From Rhizaria sp. SCN 62-66 (lineage: Eukaryota), in contig MEDY01000023.1 in the NCBI GenBank assembly GCA_001724265.1, positions 124,001-179,908 of the forward strand: a DNA stretch of 55,908 nucleotides, given 5' to 3'. Each line of letters starts with the position of its first letter. Position 1 is the stretch's first letter. Below, piece by piece: positions 36,612-50,700 of this stretch. Below the pieces are notes generated by a model. That model was not told the DNA's origin and searched no databases. It saw only the letters and a program-made list of their open reading frames with translations. Both the position numbers and the translations under genes were made by a program.

Positions 36612-37975
36612 GTGCAAGTGCTGACCTCAGCTGAGGTCGAAGTGCCACACACCCTTAATGACCTGAGTGAGCCTGTGTGTGTGCGTGTTCACATCGCGAC
36701 TGTGTACATTGCGGTGTTTTATTACTCTATTTGTGATTGTCGTCCGTCTATACTAGCTTATTCCTGGGGAGCGACGCGTGTCGCGCCCTGTTATCATCCA
36801 ACAATACAGTGTGAAAGCATTTATCATTCGGACTTCGTTTCACAATCAGAGGCCAATGACTGCAGCATGATCTTCGGTGCAGCTGTAGATCATGCTTATT
36901 TGTCGTGTTAAATGTGCACACACCGTTGACACTTGTGTCGATACACAATGATGTTGTAAGCAGAGACGTGATATACAAATTAAGACACGATTATCATACG
37001 AGTATTTGTGTTTGATAAACCATGGGTGTATAGAATTCAGTGAAATATCATTATATTTGTTGTTATTATAAAATCTAATACAATATTTCGCAGCATCATA
37101 TCAATATATCTTTCCGCTATAATATTTATCGCATTATTTCGCAAAAATATTTCGCATCTCCGTAGCTAAGTACAATGAAAAGGAGCCACGACACGGCCGC
37201 AAGCCCCCCCAACGCCGCGCTGCGCCGCCGTAACATCCGCAAGACATGTATAACGCACGCCGCTGTTTGCGGAAGCAGCAGTGCAGTGAGGATATGATGC
37301 CGCGAATGTGGCGGGGACGGGTGAGTCGAGAGGGGGTATGTCAAGCCGCGGTGGCAGGGCTAGAGGAGCAAGTGGTGCACACTTGCTCTCGAGAAAGAAG
37401 AAAAAAATTAAAAGGAACAAAACACACGAAAAAAAAGAAAAGGGAACAAAAAAATATACACACTTTAAAACAAACAATGACAACAACATGAAAAAGAAAA
37501 CCACCGCCTGCGCCGCCCCGGCCAGGATCGCTCCAAAGCGATAGCCAGAGACGGGCGCGGACGAGCGCTTTTTCTTTCATTCCCTCGCCAACTCGTAAAA
37601 ACAAAGAATAAACACGGGCATAAGCACCGTCGCAGCAGACACACTGAGAGAAAAAGGCACAGTGCTGAAAGGTCTTGCTCGCACCGATAACGATATCAGT
37701 CTCGCAAAGCTCTCTGCGTGTGGCGGCGTGTGCTCTTAAAATGATGCGAATTTTGTCAAAAATGTGTGCTTTGTTCGTCAGCCAGTCAGTCGAGACGACG
37801 TCGCAACGTAACTACGACACCCTTTCTTCTTCTGCGTGCTTATTGACTTTCCTGCTTGGTTATTGCTCATTTTTAGCCGTGACTCAACTCCGCTGTCGTG
37901 TTATTTGATGAGTGTTGACCTCCTAAGTAGATACTTCCTTGTGTAAGTAGTCAGGTCCTTACATAGTTCGCTAAC

Positions 37976-39448
37976 TTACTTGTCGTCCTCATCGTCGGCC
38001 TCCTCGAGCTTCGCGCCGTCGTGGTCGCCGTGCTCATCCTCGTCGCCGTCGTGACCGTCGAGCCCGGCGCCGTCGTCCTCGAGGTCGATGTCGGCGTTGT
38101 TGGAGCTCGCGTACCGCATGAACTCAGAGATCATGAACTCCATGTTGCTCGACGGCCCGCCTCCGCGCTTGACGTTCGACTTAGTCGTCGGCAGGTTGTG
38201 CTCCTTCTCGAAAGCGATGATGCGCGGCAGGATCTCGTCGAAGTCGTAGCCGTTGGCCGCGAGGTCCTTGCGGTACGCCTCGTCGAAGTTCGGATCGTCG
38301 GCGTGGCGGTGATACGGCCCCGCGACGAACTCCTTGACGTCGTACTCCTGCGTGTAGGCGTTGCCGTTGCCGATCTCGACCAGCATCGCCGTGTGGTTGT
38401 CGCGCGAGCCGGCGGCGATCGACGCGTTGATGATAACCGACAGCACCTGCGCCAAGTCCCACGAGTCGTCCTTGACGCCCAGCGACGCCAGCTCATCGAG
38501 CAGGATGCGCACGACGTCCTCGTAGCCCAGCTGCTCGAAGACGCCGTCGCAGCACACAAAGAGCAGGTCCGTCGGGTGCAGCACGTGAGTCTGGTAGTCG
38601 GGCACGGCGATGACCTTTTGCTTACGCGCGTCCAGCCGTGGGTTTGCCTTGTACACGTAGTCGCCCACGGCGCGGGACAACGCAAGGTTACCGTCGACGC
38701 GGCCCGCGGACACAGAGCCCTGTAATAGAAGAGACGACAGCAAGCACAAAGAAAAGAGCAAGACGTGAAGTGATGAGTGACCGAGGAGAACAATATAAAA
38801 ATCGATCTAGAAAACAGATTTTGATATTAAAAAAAGCAAGAAAAGGTCTTTCGCTCGTCGTTATGTGTGATACTAGATAAGTATAGAGCGTACCTGTGCG
38901 TCGAGGATGCGCATGCGCTCCTCGTCGTTGTCGGGTTTGTGGTCCTGCGTGAGAGCGAGCCACGAACCGTCGCGGCGGATCACCATGGCGCGCGAGTCGC
39001 CGACATTGACGGCGAGCAGGCGCAGACCGAGCTTGTCGGCGGCCACGTCACCAGGGGCCGCGACGGGCTCGTTGGTGTCGATGTCGACGGGCTGGGCGAC
39101 GACCATGCACGCCGTGGTGCCGTGCTCGCGGTTGGGCGTCGCGAGGAAGCGCGCGTCGAGGTCCAGCACCGTCTGCGTGATTGCGTCCTGCGAGAACGGG
39201 TCCGAGAGCTTCTGGAAGGCGGGAGAAGCCTGGTTGTGCATGAAGATGGCAGCGTCCTTTCCGCCGTGGCCGTCGAAGACGCCGAAGTGCATCACGTTGG
39301 GGGACTTGAAGCCGTCGAGAACGATCGTGTGCGCGTCCTCCATGTCGTTGCGGAAGCCCTGAACGGAGACGACGGCGGCGCGGATAAATTCGTTGCCGTG
39401 CCGCTCGACGAACTGAGAGGTAATGGGGGCAGAAAGAACACCACCCAT
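37976..39448 (-). CDS. Protein phosphatase 2C (PPM family, Ptc2/3-like, possibly N-myristoylated); exons 39448-38894 and 38719-37976 (432 aa)
   Basis: MGGVLSAP start, QGFRNDMEDAH, FGVFDGHGG, GTTA, NVGDSR, DHKP, RVDGNLALSRAVGD, CCDGVF and GSRDN. Phase-0 intron 38720-38893 (GTACGC...TACAG). Stop is TAA. Confidence 0.95.
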
Positions 39449-40613
39449 TGGATGAACTGTGTTGGCACGAGAGTGGAAAGGGCAGAACGAGGAGCGAAAC
39501 AAAAAGAATGTGAAACAGCAGGATACCAGCGTCAAGGAAGAAAAATGGAAGTGAGCAATTAGATAAAAAATGATCGATGTTGTGTCTTGCAAAATACAAT
39601 TTAAAGACAAAGCGGTGGATAGCCCAAGATGCTGCTTGATGGCGGCACGATGCATGGCCACTCAAACAAACGGTAGCAACACAAGCTCTCTCGCGCGCGC
39701 CGCCCGCGCGCCCGACCACCACCGACACCCGCGCCGAAACAATGCTGAATAGCAACTAGAGGCGCCAGGTTACGCGGCAGTGCAAGCGCAGGCAACGCGG
39801 ACGGGCGGCAGCGACGCGCGCAGGGCGCTGAGTAGGGCGGCTTGGGCTCAGCGAGATCTCTCGTCTGTGTGTGTGTGACTCCCCCCTATCCGCGAAAAGC
39901 AATATATCGGCCTCAAAGCCACCGTGAGCGAGCGATCGTGCACGCCCTGCGCGGGGTTTGCTCCTAAACAGAGCGTGATAAACATGTGCCGAGCGCAGCG
40001 GCAGCGGTGGGCGCGCGCGGGGAAGCAACAGCGGGTCGGGCCCGAGCGAGGCACCTCTCTACCACGACGATCCTGGTGGGCCACAAATCCGTTATGGACA
40101 GACCGGCCCGCGGGCGCCGCGCACGATCGGGGCAAAGAGGCTAATACAATCCGCGTGGTCAATCAAAATACATGCGCCGCACGATCATAGCTCGCCGTTG
40201 GGGCCCTATAAGCTCAAAAGTTGATCGTCTCCAACGCCCCCGCGGCTTAATCTTCGACCAACAGAAAATCAATTTCCGGTTCCGCAAAACTCTCCTCCGA
40301 CGAATTTCGACACAGCTGCTCGCGCCCCTCTCTTTGTTGAAGCCACTCGAAGACGCTGATTTGAGGCGCAGATTTAATTGCCAATAACTGCGGATTTTTT
40401 CTGCCAATTGCGCTGAAGATGTCGCAATAGGATTATCATGTTGTTGTGCTACCATTTATTTTCTACTTTTTGTTTTGCTTGCAGTACCATGGCTCATTTA
40501 CTCTTTGCCTTTTCGCCCCCCACACCTCCCTTTACTTTCAGTCGTGACACTCTCCTCTTCTCCCGCGCACATCCACTGTTGTCCAGAACACTCACAGCTT
40601 GCGGCGTGCACCG

Positions 40614-40951
40614 ATGTCTGATCACGGCACCCCGCTGGGCTCTCGCCGCTCGCTGCGCAAGCCCGGAGGCACGTCCTCGCGTGCCTCGACGTTCGCCGAA
40701 TCCTCCTCTGCTCCAGCTGACTCTGCGAGCACTGCCCTCGCTGGCTCCGACTACGCCACCGCAACGTCTGCTGGTGCTGCAGGCAGCTCGTCCATCTTCT
40801 CCCCCACGGACTCACTTGGCTCATACGGCCCACATCAGATGATTTCCCCGTTCTCGGACGCCCCCTCTGCGGTTACCTCCAGCTCTACCCAATTGAACCC
40901 TGTGCACAACGCTCAATTCGAGCAGCAGCCGCAACAGCCTCAGTTACAACC

Positions 40952-40984
<33 letters not shown>

Positions 40985-43079
40985 GTACATGGGGCCGAGT
41001 TTTGCGCCCCCGCCGGCGTCGTTTTTCGCTGAGCCCGAGCTCTTCCACCGCCACGGCATCATCGACGACACTCTCCCTCCCAACAACAACAATAACAACG
41101 CATATCTTAACAGCAGCAACAACTCTTACAACAACGGCGGTGATATGTCCACCTACGCGAGCAATGCGGCAGCGACGTTGACGAGTGCGTTCCCAGCCTT
41201 TCTCGACGCCGACTCAGGCTACGAGCCCCACACCATGCACGTCGCCTCCATCCCTGCCTCCTCTGCTGCCCCCACTATGACAGCGCCCGCGGCGGCGACA
41301 GCGGCGGTGACTGGCAGCGCGCCACCGCACCCTGTGGCGGCCGAGTTTGTGTCCACGATCACTGCCGCTCTGCAGGCCGTGCCCGCCGCCAACCTCGACC
41401 GGTGCCAGGAGGCACTCGCGATTGTTGAGGCGGCGCTGGCCAGGCTCGAGGCCATGGCGCCACCGCACGCGCACGCGCTCGTACAGCAGCAGATGCAGCA
41501 AATGCAGCATGCCAACAGCAACAGCAATGGTGGCAATAGCAGTAATGCGGAGAGCAGCTCTGGTGTCGCGTTTAAGCGCACGTCCTCAGCTTTCGCCAAC
41601 GAAGCCGCCTCTGCTTCCGCCGCCGCCGCCGCCGCCGCCGCTGCCGCCGCGTCCGCTGCTACTATGGCTCTAACCGATGCCTCGCCCGTCAGCGCGCCGG
41701 CGCCCTCCGCTTTAGCTGAGACTGCGCCGGAGACTGCGACTGCACTGGTTGCTTCAACCGAAACTGCGCAGGCGCCGGCTCTGTACCCCGCAGTCTCGCT
41801 GCTGCCCGGCGTCAACGGCTACAGTCCCCTGGACAGCGGGGGCGCCCGAGACAGCAGCCACCACGCCCCCCTGGACAGTCTGAGCCGCGCGCACAGCGGC
41901 CTCAGCAGCCTCAGCGGCCTCGGCGGCAGTGGCGGCGTGGGTCTGCACTCGCAGTCGTCTCTGCAGCCAACGCTCATCGCGGCCCCGGTCGACGCGCGCC
42001 TGCACTCGCTCTCTGGCACGCCGCAGCGCTCGCTGGCGCTCCTCCCCAGCCACGGCCACGACCACGGCCACGCCGCCTCCGGCTCTGGCGCCAACTCCGT
42101 CTCTCTCAGCAACAGCAATAGCAACAGCACCGATGTGAATGCGGAGGGCAGTGGGAACCTCGTCAGGGGTGCGTCTGGCGGCAGTCACGATGCGCTCGGG
42201 CTCGGCCGGGTGATGACGGTGGACGCGCTGGCTTCTGGCAACAATAACGACGTCAGCACGCTCAAGAGTAGGAGCAGTTCTAACACTGTCGACAAGCGCG
42301 ACAGTGCTCCTCCTGCTGCCGCTATTGCGACTGAGATTGGGCCTGCGTCAATGAACAACAACAGCAACATTGCAAGTGGCGACAATACAGACGCGAACGC
42401 TGCTGGGAGTGATGTCGACGTGGGTAACGCTGCTATTGTGGGCCCTTGCAGCACTTTGCCCCCCTTGGACGCACTCACTCCCTTCGACGCGCTGCCGCCC
42501 TTAGACGCTCTGCCGCCCTTAGACGCGCTGCCCCCCTTAGACTCGCTGCCCCCCTTCGACGGCCAGGACAGCAGCAATTACTACGCAGGCCTCGCATCGA
42601 TCTACCCCTCTGCAGCCGGCAACTGCAGCAACGGCAACGGCACTCACATCGACCACTACATTAACAGCAGTGCCCCCGCGTCTGCGACTGCGCCTGCTGC
42701 CCCGGCGACTTTGACTGCTGCGGGCGTCGACGTTGCTGCTGCGGCGGCGGCGGTTATGGATGAAGAGGTCGCGAGCGCGGCGCGGCTGTCTGCACAGCGG
42801 CAGCGGCTGCAGAGCCAGGAGGAGCGGATCCGGGCCGACGCGCGCCGCCTCGCCGAGCAGCAGGAAGAGCTTTGGCGCCAGCAGCTGCTCATGGAGCGCA
42901 TCGAGCAGGAAGAGGAAGCGCAGTACTGGAGCGGCAACGGCAACGGCACCGGCACCGGGAGCGATCGCACTGCTCTGGGGCTGGGACTGAGGCCCAAAGA
43001 GGTAGATGACGGACGTCACGCCGCTTCCTCCACTGCCGCCGCTGTGGGCAATGCGGGCGTTGAAGTCGCGGGCCAGTGA
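40614..43079 (+). CDS. Uncharacterised low-complexity protein with short coiled coils (821 aa)
   Basis: Long ORF from ATG 40614 with poly-Q/N/A tracts like those of neighbouring genes, flanked by AT-richer sequence. Stop is TGA. Confidence 0.7.
42456..42563 (+). repeat. Coding tandem repeat, 6 x 18 nt, peptide (LPPLDA)n
   Basis: LPPLDA LTPFDA LPPLDA LPPLDA LPPLDS LPPFDG, with synonymous variation between units. Confidence 0.9.
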
Positions 43080-44749
43080 GCTACTCACAACCGTTTGGCA
43101 GCTTACGGTTAGTCAAGCTCACGGTCAGTGTCATTTTTCTCCTGGTCGATCGATCGAGTTCACACAGGGTACCTCCAAGAAGGCTATTTACCCGGCACTG
43201 TAGTCGTTGGTATCGGATTTGTTTGACGAATTTGGTCAATCAAAGTGACAATTGGATGTTTTGTTTTGTCTGTGGGGCTTTATACGCCTTTTCAACTCTT
43301 TTTCGCCGGCTGATCGCGGAGAGCTCTGTGTGGGTTCTCACGTGAGGGAGCGAAAGAGGAAAACAAATGCGAGACGTGATCCGTCACCGTGGCGATGTGT
43401 CATTATGGATTTGAAAATGTGTTTGGTTACTACCTTCACTTCACTATTAGCTCTCTTTATTGTCCCATTGACTTTATTTCGTGACGTTCTATCCTTTTTT
43501 TAAGTCGAGTTCTTGCCTGGAGGGAGGCCTTACCAGATGCGGGGTGGATTCGCCAATATTCAGCTGTAACTGCCCTGCTTTGACTCCATTTTTGCCTGAC
43601 CAGGCCGTTGCACACGTATTTTCACGGGATTGTGAACGCCCGTTGGAGAACGTGAAGATGAAGCGTGCAGAGAGCTTGCTTGACTGGGATGAGCGTGTGT
43701 GTGACCCGACTGTCCGACCAACTGCAACCCCCCTATCCCAGAACCCTTGTCTTCAGCGCGGACTCCGTATCCTCTTTAGACACTGTAGTGAGACTGTACA
43801 TATGTTATTTCTATGTTCGAATGTGGACTTTAAGCACGACAACGGCGATCTTGCAGCTGTGTCCAGTCACGGGCATCTTTCTGCTGTGACTGTCCTTCAG
43901 CCTTTCGTGCGGCGACTTAATACAATATCGATTATCTGTTTGTTGAATTGAACCTTTATAAACATGTATTGGACACGTTGGAAACTCAATCTACGCAAGC
44001 AAAATATTTTTTGCAGCTTATCTCGAAGGAATCGAGTTAAGAAAGAGAGAGGGCGGCTTGAGTTACGCATCGAGCCTCCTGAGAGCAAGGACCGTGTTGG
44101 CGCGCTTCGAAAAGCACTGACCGGTCAAGATAAACACCGACATTGACGGTATAGTTTGTTCTGTGGTATTTATGTAACAAGAGATTTTTAAATATAAGTT
44201 CACGTCCTCAGAATCCCTCATCCTGGTGTGGTGGTCACTCTTAAATTCCAACTCTTCTGCTCGAGCTACTCACACCACACCATATCAGTGACGCCACCTA
44301 TGGCGCGGCCTCCGCTCGCGTCATTTCACCGCGCTGCTTCGCGTGTATATTTACCCGCGTGGTCACGCTTGCCCAACTGTATCACATTGTCTTGCCGTCC
44401 TCGTAGTGTCTCGCGCGGGCGTGTCATCACTGCGTGCCCGCGTCACGCTGTGCATTTAGCTTATACGCGTACATGTCTCACCCACCTCCCTCATTCACCC
44501 ACTTTCCCTCGCAGAAAAAACTCCACCGCGGTTGCGCGTGCTTCTTTGCAGGAACCTTGCCTTCTTAGCCTGGTTTCCGCGCTTTCCGCACCCGCCCCGC
44601 GCCGCCCGCCGCCGCGTGACCGAGCAAGCGTCACCGCCACTCTGGCCACGGCGCTCTCTCTGGCGCTCCCTGTTCTTCGATTCCCTGCGCGGCAATCCGC
44701 TCACGCGCATTCTCGCTGCCTTTGAGTGCGCTCGGCGCATTTTCCGCTC

Positions 44750-47700
44750 ATGAGTCGCATCCCCGACCGCAGCAACGGTCACACGCCCGCCCCGGCTGCG
44801 GCCTCCGCCACCGCCGCGGCCGTGGCGGCTGCTGCCGCGGCGGCCTCTGCCGCATCCAGCCCCGCGCCGCTGCCCGCCTCCGCGTTGGGCCCGGGCGCGG
44901 GCGCGCCAATTTCCTCCACGTTGTTCGCAGTGCTGGCCACCTCGTCGTCTCGCTCTGCCATCCGCAACAACGCAGCCGCCGCCGCCGCAGCCGCTCACGC
45001 TGCCGCCAACGTCGCTGCCGCTGCCGCTGCCGCCAACGCCGCAGCCGCCGCAGCCGCCGCAGCTGCCGACGAGTCCGACACGGACGACCGTGACCAGGAT
45101 CGTGACCGCGAACGCGGGCGCAATCGCGATCGCCTGCGCGCTCGCGACTCGGGCCCCTGGTTCTCCCGGTCTTCCGCGTACAGCGACCTCGCCGAAGGGT
45201 TTTCCCCGCGAGCGCTCGCGTCCCCGCGGGGCTGGGCCGCCGCGCTCCCGCAGCACCGCGTGTGCGTGTACGACTCGGCGCGCCCCCTTGCCGCGCTGCT
45301 GACCGAGGTCGCCGTCCCGGCCATCGCGCTGGGCATCGCGCTGCTGGACTCGCCCATCACGCCCGCCGTCGTCGCGGCTGCGGCCGTGGGCGACCCCCGT
45401 GTCGCGATGCTGCTGGGCCACCCGGACGATCCCGCGCTCAGCAAACTCGCCGCCCTGCCCCTCAATGACAGCAGCGGCAGCGGCAACGTTGGTATAGTCA
45501 GCAGCAGCGGTAGTAGCCGCCGCGCAGCAGCCCAACAACAGCAGCAGCAGCAGCAGCAGCGGTCACAACAGCTGCAGCTGCTGCTGCCCTCACCGGTGCC
45601 CGCGTCCGCGCAGCCCGCGGAGCTGGCGCTGTGGCGCGCGCTGTCGTGGAGCGGCGCCGAGTGGGCCGCGGCGCTCGGGCCCCGCCGCAGCGCGGCCATG
45701 GCAGGCCCGCCCCCGCCGCGGTTGGCCGTCTCCGCGCGCACCGCCGCGCGCATCGTCCGCACGCTTAAGGGCGGCTCCGACTCCGGCGCCAGCGGCGGCA
45801 GTGCTGGTGGGGACAAGAGCGTTGGGGGTCATGAGCACAACGGCAACGACAACGACGACGACGCAGATGCTGACGGCGACGGCGACGGAAACAAAGACGG
45901 CGACAACTACGACGGCGTCGACGACGACGATAGCGACGACAGCGGTGGCGGCAGGAGCAATACAGCCGGCCGTCGCAGCCGCAGCCGCAAGGGAGGTCGT
46001 GGCGGCCGCGGCGGCGCTAGCAGCAGCGGCGGCGGCGCACGCCGCTCCCGCGCGAGCGCCGCGCCCGGCGCTGCGACGAGCTGGGAGGTGCGCTGCAACC
46101 TGGCGGCGGCGCTGTCTGCGCAGCTCCAGGACGTGCGCCGCGCCGTGCCAACGCAGCACGCCGGCCCCGTGCTCGCGGACCCCTCGCAAGCCGAAACCGA
46201 CGCGCTACTGCTCCCGCGCCGCGCCGTGCTCGACCTCTATGCGCTGCTGCTGCTGCTGCGCCGCGCACGCCCGCACGTGCACGACCACTTCCTGCGCTGG
46301 CAACAACGGCGGCGGTCTGCGCTGTCGAGCGCCAGGCTGCGAGCGCGCCAGCGCTCCGAGGAGCTCGACGAGGACGCATGGCGCGATGCGTATAACGCCA
46401 TGAACAGCATTCCCGGTCGCTTCCCGCGCCTCGTTGTGCTCTTCACGCAGCGTGGCAGCGAAACCATCACTGCGCCTGAGACAGGTTCTGGTGATAGCTC
46501 CTCCTCAATGTCGTCGTCGTCACCGTCTGATGGCAACAACAGCAGTGATATTATCGTTAAGACTGCGTGCAAGGTGGTGCGCAGGTCACCGCACCCGCCT
46601 GCGCTCTCTGCCTGGACGCTCTCTCAGAGCAGCGACAACGCCGCAACTTCTGCTGACACTGCCACCGTCACCGCGAGCGCGAGCGCGAACGCGAAGAAGC
46701 AGAGGCAGTCGGCGGTGACGGACGGAGACAACGACGTTACTGCGAGTGCGGGTGCGACAGTGTTGGAGCCTCCAGGTGGCTGCAAGACGTGGCTGGGCGC
46801 CTTCAGGAGCGCTCTCGCCAAGGCCCAGCTCGCCCACGCCCGGCGCGCCGAAGCGGCCCTCGTCCGCGCCGGGGAGCCTGGGGACGAGTGGGAGGTCGAC
46901 GTGCTGGTCGAGCTCACGTGGCGCGTCGACTTGCCAGCGCTCAAGGCGGACGAACGCTTCTCCACCTACGTCGCTGTCGGCACGCTCCCTCCTCCGACGA
47001 TGATGACGACGACGACGACGATGACGACCCCGACTCCGTCATCCGCGCCCGCGGTCTCCTCATTCGGTTCTGCGGCGTCCAGCTCCCAGCGCAGCGCGGA
47101 CCTCCGCAGCGGCAGTGGCAGCAGCCCTTTCGGCAGCGGCGGCGGTGGCGGCGTTATTGGCGGCAGTGATCAGCTGCTGTGCGCGCCAGTGCCCGCGGCG
47201 CCACTGGTGCACGCGGCCGCCGTGCTTCCGCACGCCGCGGCACTGGCCCGCGCAGTCGCCGCGGCGGCCGCGCGCGCGCCGGGCCCGCGCCAGCCGCTGC
47301 CGCCGCGCGGGCCGGAGCCGTGGGGCGAGGAAGTCGCGGGCGCGGAGCCCCCGCACGCGGTGCTGTCTACCGCCGACGCCACGGACCCGCTGCCGCTGAT
47401 CAACTCGTACCCGCTCTCGGACCCAGCGTACCCAGTTGTCGCTGAGACCGACGTCCCAGGCGCGTGTTTGAGTACCAATCTTCTTGATGGTGCGTTGAGC
47501 GCTGCGGTGTTGACGCGACTGCCCGCGACGCAGGTTTTCTACCAGCGGCTGTGCTTCCTGCAGGCACGGCGGCTGCTGCAGCACTACGCGCAGGACGTGC
47601 TCGTCACGCGCGCCGCGCCCTTCGCGCCGCCGCCGCCCGCCGCGCTGGCCCCCGTCGGCGGCCTCCCGGTGCGCGCCGCGCTCGCGCACGCCGTCGCGGG

Positions 47701-50700
47701 GCTACCGCGCGTGCCGGGCTTCCCGCTCCCCACGCTGCCCGCGGCGCTCGTCGCGCGGGCGCGCGCGGACCTGCGCGCCGAGGCCCCGCACCGCGAGCGC
47801 GACTTCCTCGCCTCGGTCGGCGGCGCGCGGAGGAACCACACGGCGGCGTTCGTCCCGCCCCTGGGCGCGGGCGCGATGCAGCCGCAGCTGCTGCTGCCGT
47901 CGCAGGCCGAGGCGCGCGCGGCGTCGGCGGCCGCGGCGGCGCTGTACCGCTACACCACGCTGCCCGTCTCGCTGCGCGCGGTCGAGAATCACTACGACTT
48001 CGCGGCACAGGCGCGTGAGCACGTGTTCCCGTCGCTGCACGACGTGCTGGGCGCCGAGTTCCCCGTCCACGTCGCCGTCGCCGCGCCGTACGACACCACC
48101 ACCGCGCTCAGCGTCGACGCGTTGCGACACGGACTTGCGTTCAACGCGAAACCGCTCACCGCCGCAGACGCCATGACAGATGCGGACGAGGACGCGGCAG
48201 ATGTGACGACGGTGCCCTCAGCGGCCTTCACGCTGGAGCCAGTCGCCGAATCTGGAACGACGGCGACGACGACAAGCGGGAGTGTGCGCGGTGGTGCTGC
48301 TGCCGTGACCGTTGCTGCTGCTGCTGCTTCTGGTGCAGCGGTTTCAGCGGCGGTGACGGCGGGTGATGTGCCGCTGTTCTTGGCGATGGACACGCCGCCA
48401 CTGCGCACGCTGCGGCTGCTGGAGCTTAGCCAGGGCACGGCTGACGCGCTGCCCGCGCTCGCGGGCCCCAGCAAGGCGCTGCTGCCGCTGCTCGCGCCGC
48501 TCCAGGGCGCGGGCGACTTCTCGGACCTCGCCTCCGCCGCCCCGGGCGCCGCGGCAGATGCGGAGCTACAGGCGATCCTCCAGGACACCGCGCGCACCGG
48601 CGGCCGCACCGGCGGCCGCAGACGCGGCGGCGATGACGCAGACGCAGACGCAGACGCAAACGCGGCCGCGGATGGCGCACCGCGCCGGCGAAGGCAGCGG
48701 AGCGACGCCGGGGTGCCGCGGAGGCGTGGGCGCACGACGGGCGCGAGCTTAGGCGGCGCGACCAGGCGCGGCGCGCGCGGAGCGCGGCGCAGGCGCGGGC
48801 GCCACGACTACTACTCGGAAGACGATGACGACGACGGCGATGGCACTGTCGACGACGACGATGACGACAACGACGATGACGACGACGAAGAGGAAGAAGA
48901 GGACGAGGAGGACGAGGCTGAGTCCAATGAAACCGCCGAGGCCAAGCGCAGCCGCAGCGGCAGCCGTGGCGGTCGTCCCCAGGCCAAAGCGGCCGCCAAC
49001 GCCACCGGCAGTGGTAATGGTAATGGCAACGGCAACGCCAGCGCGGACGACGACGATGACGACGACGCTGTTGCAGCTGGCGGCGCCGGCGTGCGCGCTG
49101 CTGGCGGCGATGGCCCCCGCGCGCGTCGTCAGCGCAACCCGAGCATCGAGCCCCGGTACCGCGGGCCCAAACGCACGCCGGAGGAGATGCGCGCCGCGCG
49201 CGCCGCCGCCGCCGTACTGCGCCGCCGCGCGCTCAAAGAGGCTGCGCTTGCCGCCGCCAACAACGGCACCGCCCCCGCGCCCGCGACGACCAAAGGTGGC
49301 GAGTCCTCCGGCGCGGCGGCGGCGGCGGCGGCGGTGGTGGCGTTGAGTGCGGGCGCCGCGCTCGCGGGCCGCGTCGGCGCTGCGCCGAGCTTTGCCGTGC
49401 AGCCGCCGCCGCCGCCGACCACCGCGGCGGCACACGCCGCGGCCGCCGCGCGTGCGCTGCTACGGTCGCAGGACTCGCAGGTGCCCGCCGCGACTGTGGC
49501 CACGCCGTTCCACCCGCGTTTCGCAGTGTCGCGCGAGCGAATCGCACTGATGCTGCTGATCGTTGCCACCGCGGCGGGCGCGCCTGGCACCGCGCACGCA
49601 CCGCCGACCGACTGCGACGCCGTGGCCGCGCTCATGCTGGCCGACGACAGCAGCGACAGCGACGGCTGTAACGGTAATAGTGGCGGTGACGATGACTCCG
49701 GCTGTGAGGACGCTGTGTACAACGGCGAGCGCCTGCGTTGCTCCAAGGCGCAAGCCCGGCTCGAGCGTTCAGCTCTCCGCCGCTACACTCGCGCCACCCC
49801 TTCTGCTGTCTCAGCCACTGCCCCTCTGGCTGGCGCAGACGCTGCGAGCGGGCGCACGCCGGAGCAGTGGGCGCTATTCTGGTCCGCCTGGGCGCGCGCG
49901 CTCGTCGCCGCGGCCTCGCGAGCGATCGCCGGTCTCGCCACCACGAGCGCTGGCCGCAACCCCGCGCTGTGGCCCGCGCTAGGCCCCGCGGCACCCGTGC
50001 CGAGCACCGACGCGGCCGTGTACGGCGACGACGATCTGCCGGCGTCCAAAGCCGACGTCAAGGCCGCGCTGCGGCGCGCGCGTGAGACGCCCTTTGCGGA
50101 CTCGGCCGAATCCGAGGTCGCCGCGCCCGCCGTGCTGTTGGGCGCGCGCCAGATCCTGGGGCTGCCGCAGCGCGACCGGCCGCCCGCGCCGCCCGCGCAG
50201 GCCCCCGCGGCGGCGGCCGACGGCTTCTTTGGCGCCGTGGCGACGCACACGCAGCTGGCCGCCGGCAGCGAGGTCGGCGAGATGGCGCGTGCCACGCTTA
50301 AAGGCGGCGAAGAGGCGCTCGAGACGGCCATTGCGTGGGTGTACGCGCGCATCGGCGCCGGTAATGCCGAGTACTTGGGCTCCGCGGACGCGTCGATCGC
50401 GGCCGTCGCGGCCACTGCGGCGCGGGACGCTAAGGTGGAAGAGGGCGAGAACGACAAGGCTCGCGCGACGGCCAGTGCGGCTGCGAGTGCGACCGCTTCG
50501 AGCGCGAGCGCAAGCGCAAGCACGAAGATCAAGACCGAGTCGGGATCATCTAACAGCAAGACCACTGTGGCGACAGCGACTGGAAGCGCGAGTGCGAAGA
50601 AGACGCCTGAGAGCCGCTTCCCGCCCGGCGCGAGCGCCGTGAGCGCACGTGCAGGATACACGTGGAACGCTGACTTCGCGTCAAACGTGCCGACGCTGCC

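Noticed and set aside
43100-44300. AT-richer intergenic stretch with short ORFs, a possible transposon relic (similarly 31700-32700 and 53700-54400)
   Set aside because: No terminal repeats, target-site duplications or transposase/RT motifs were recognisable by eye.
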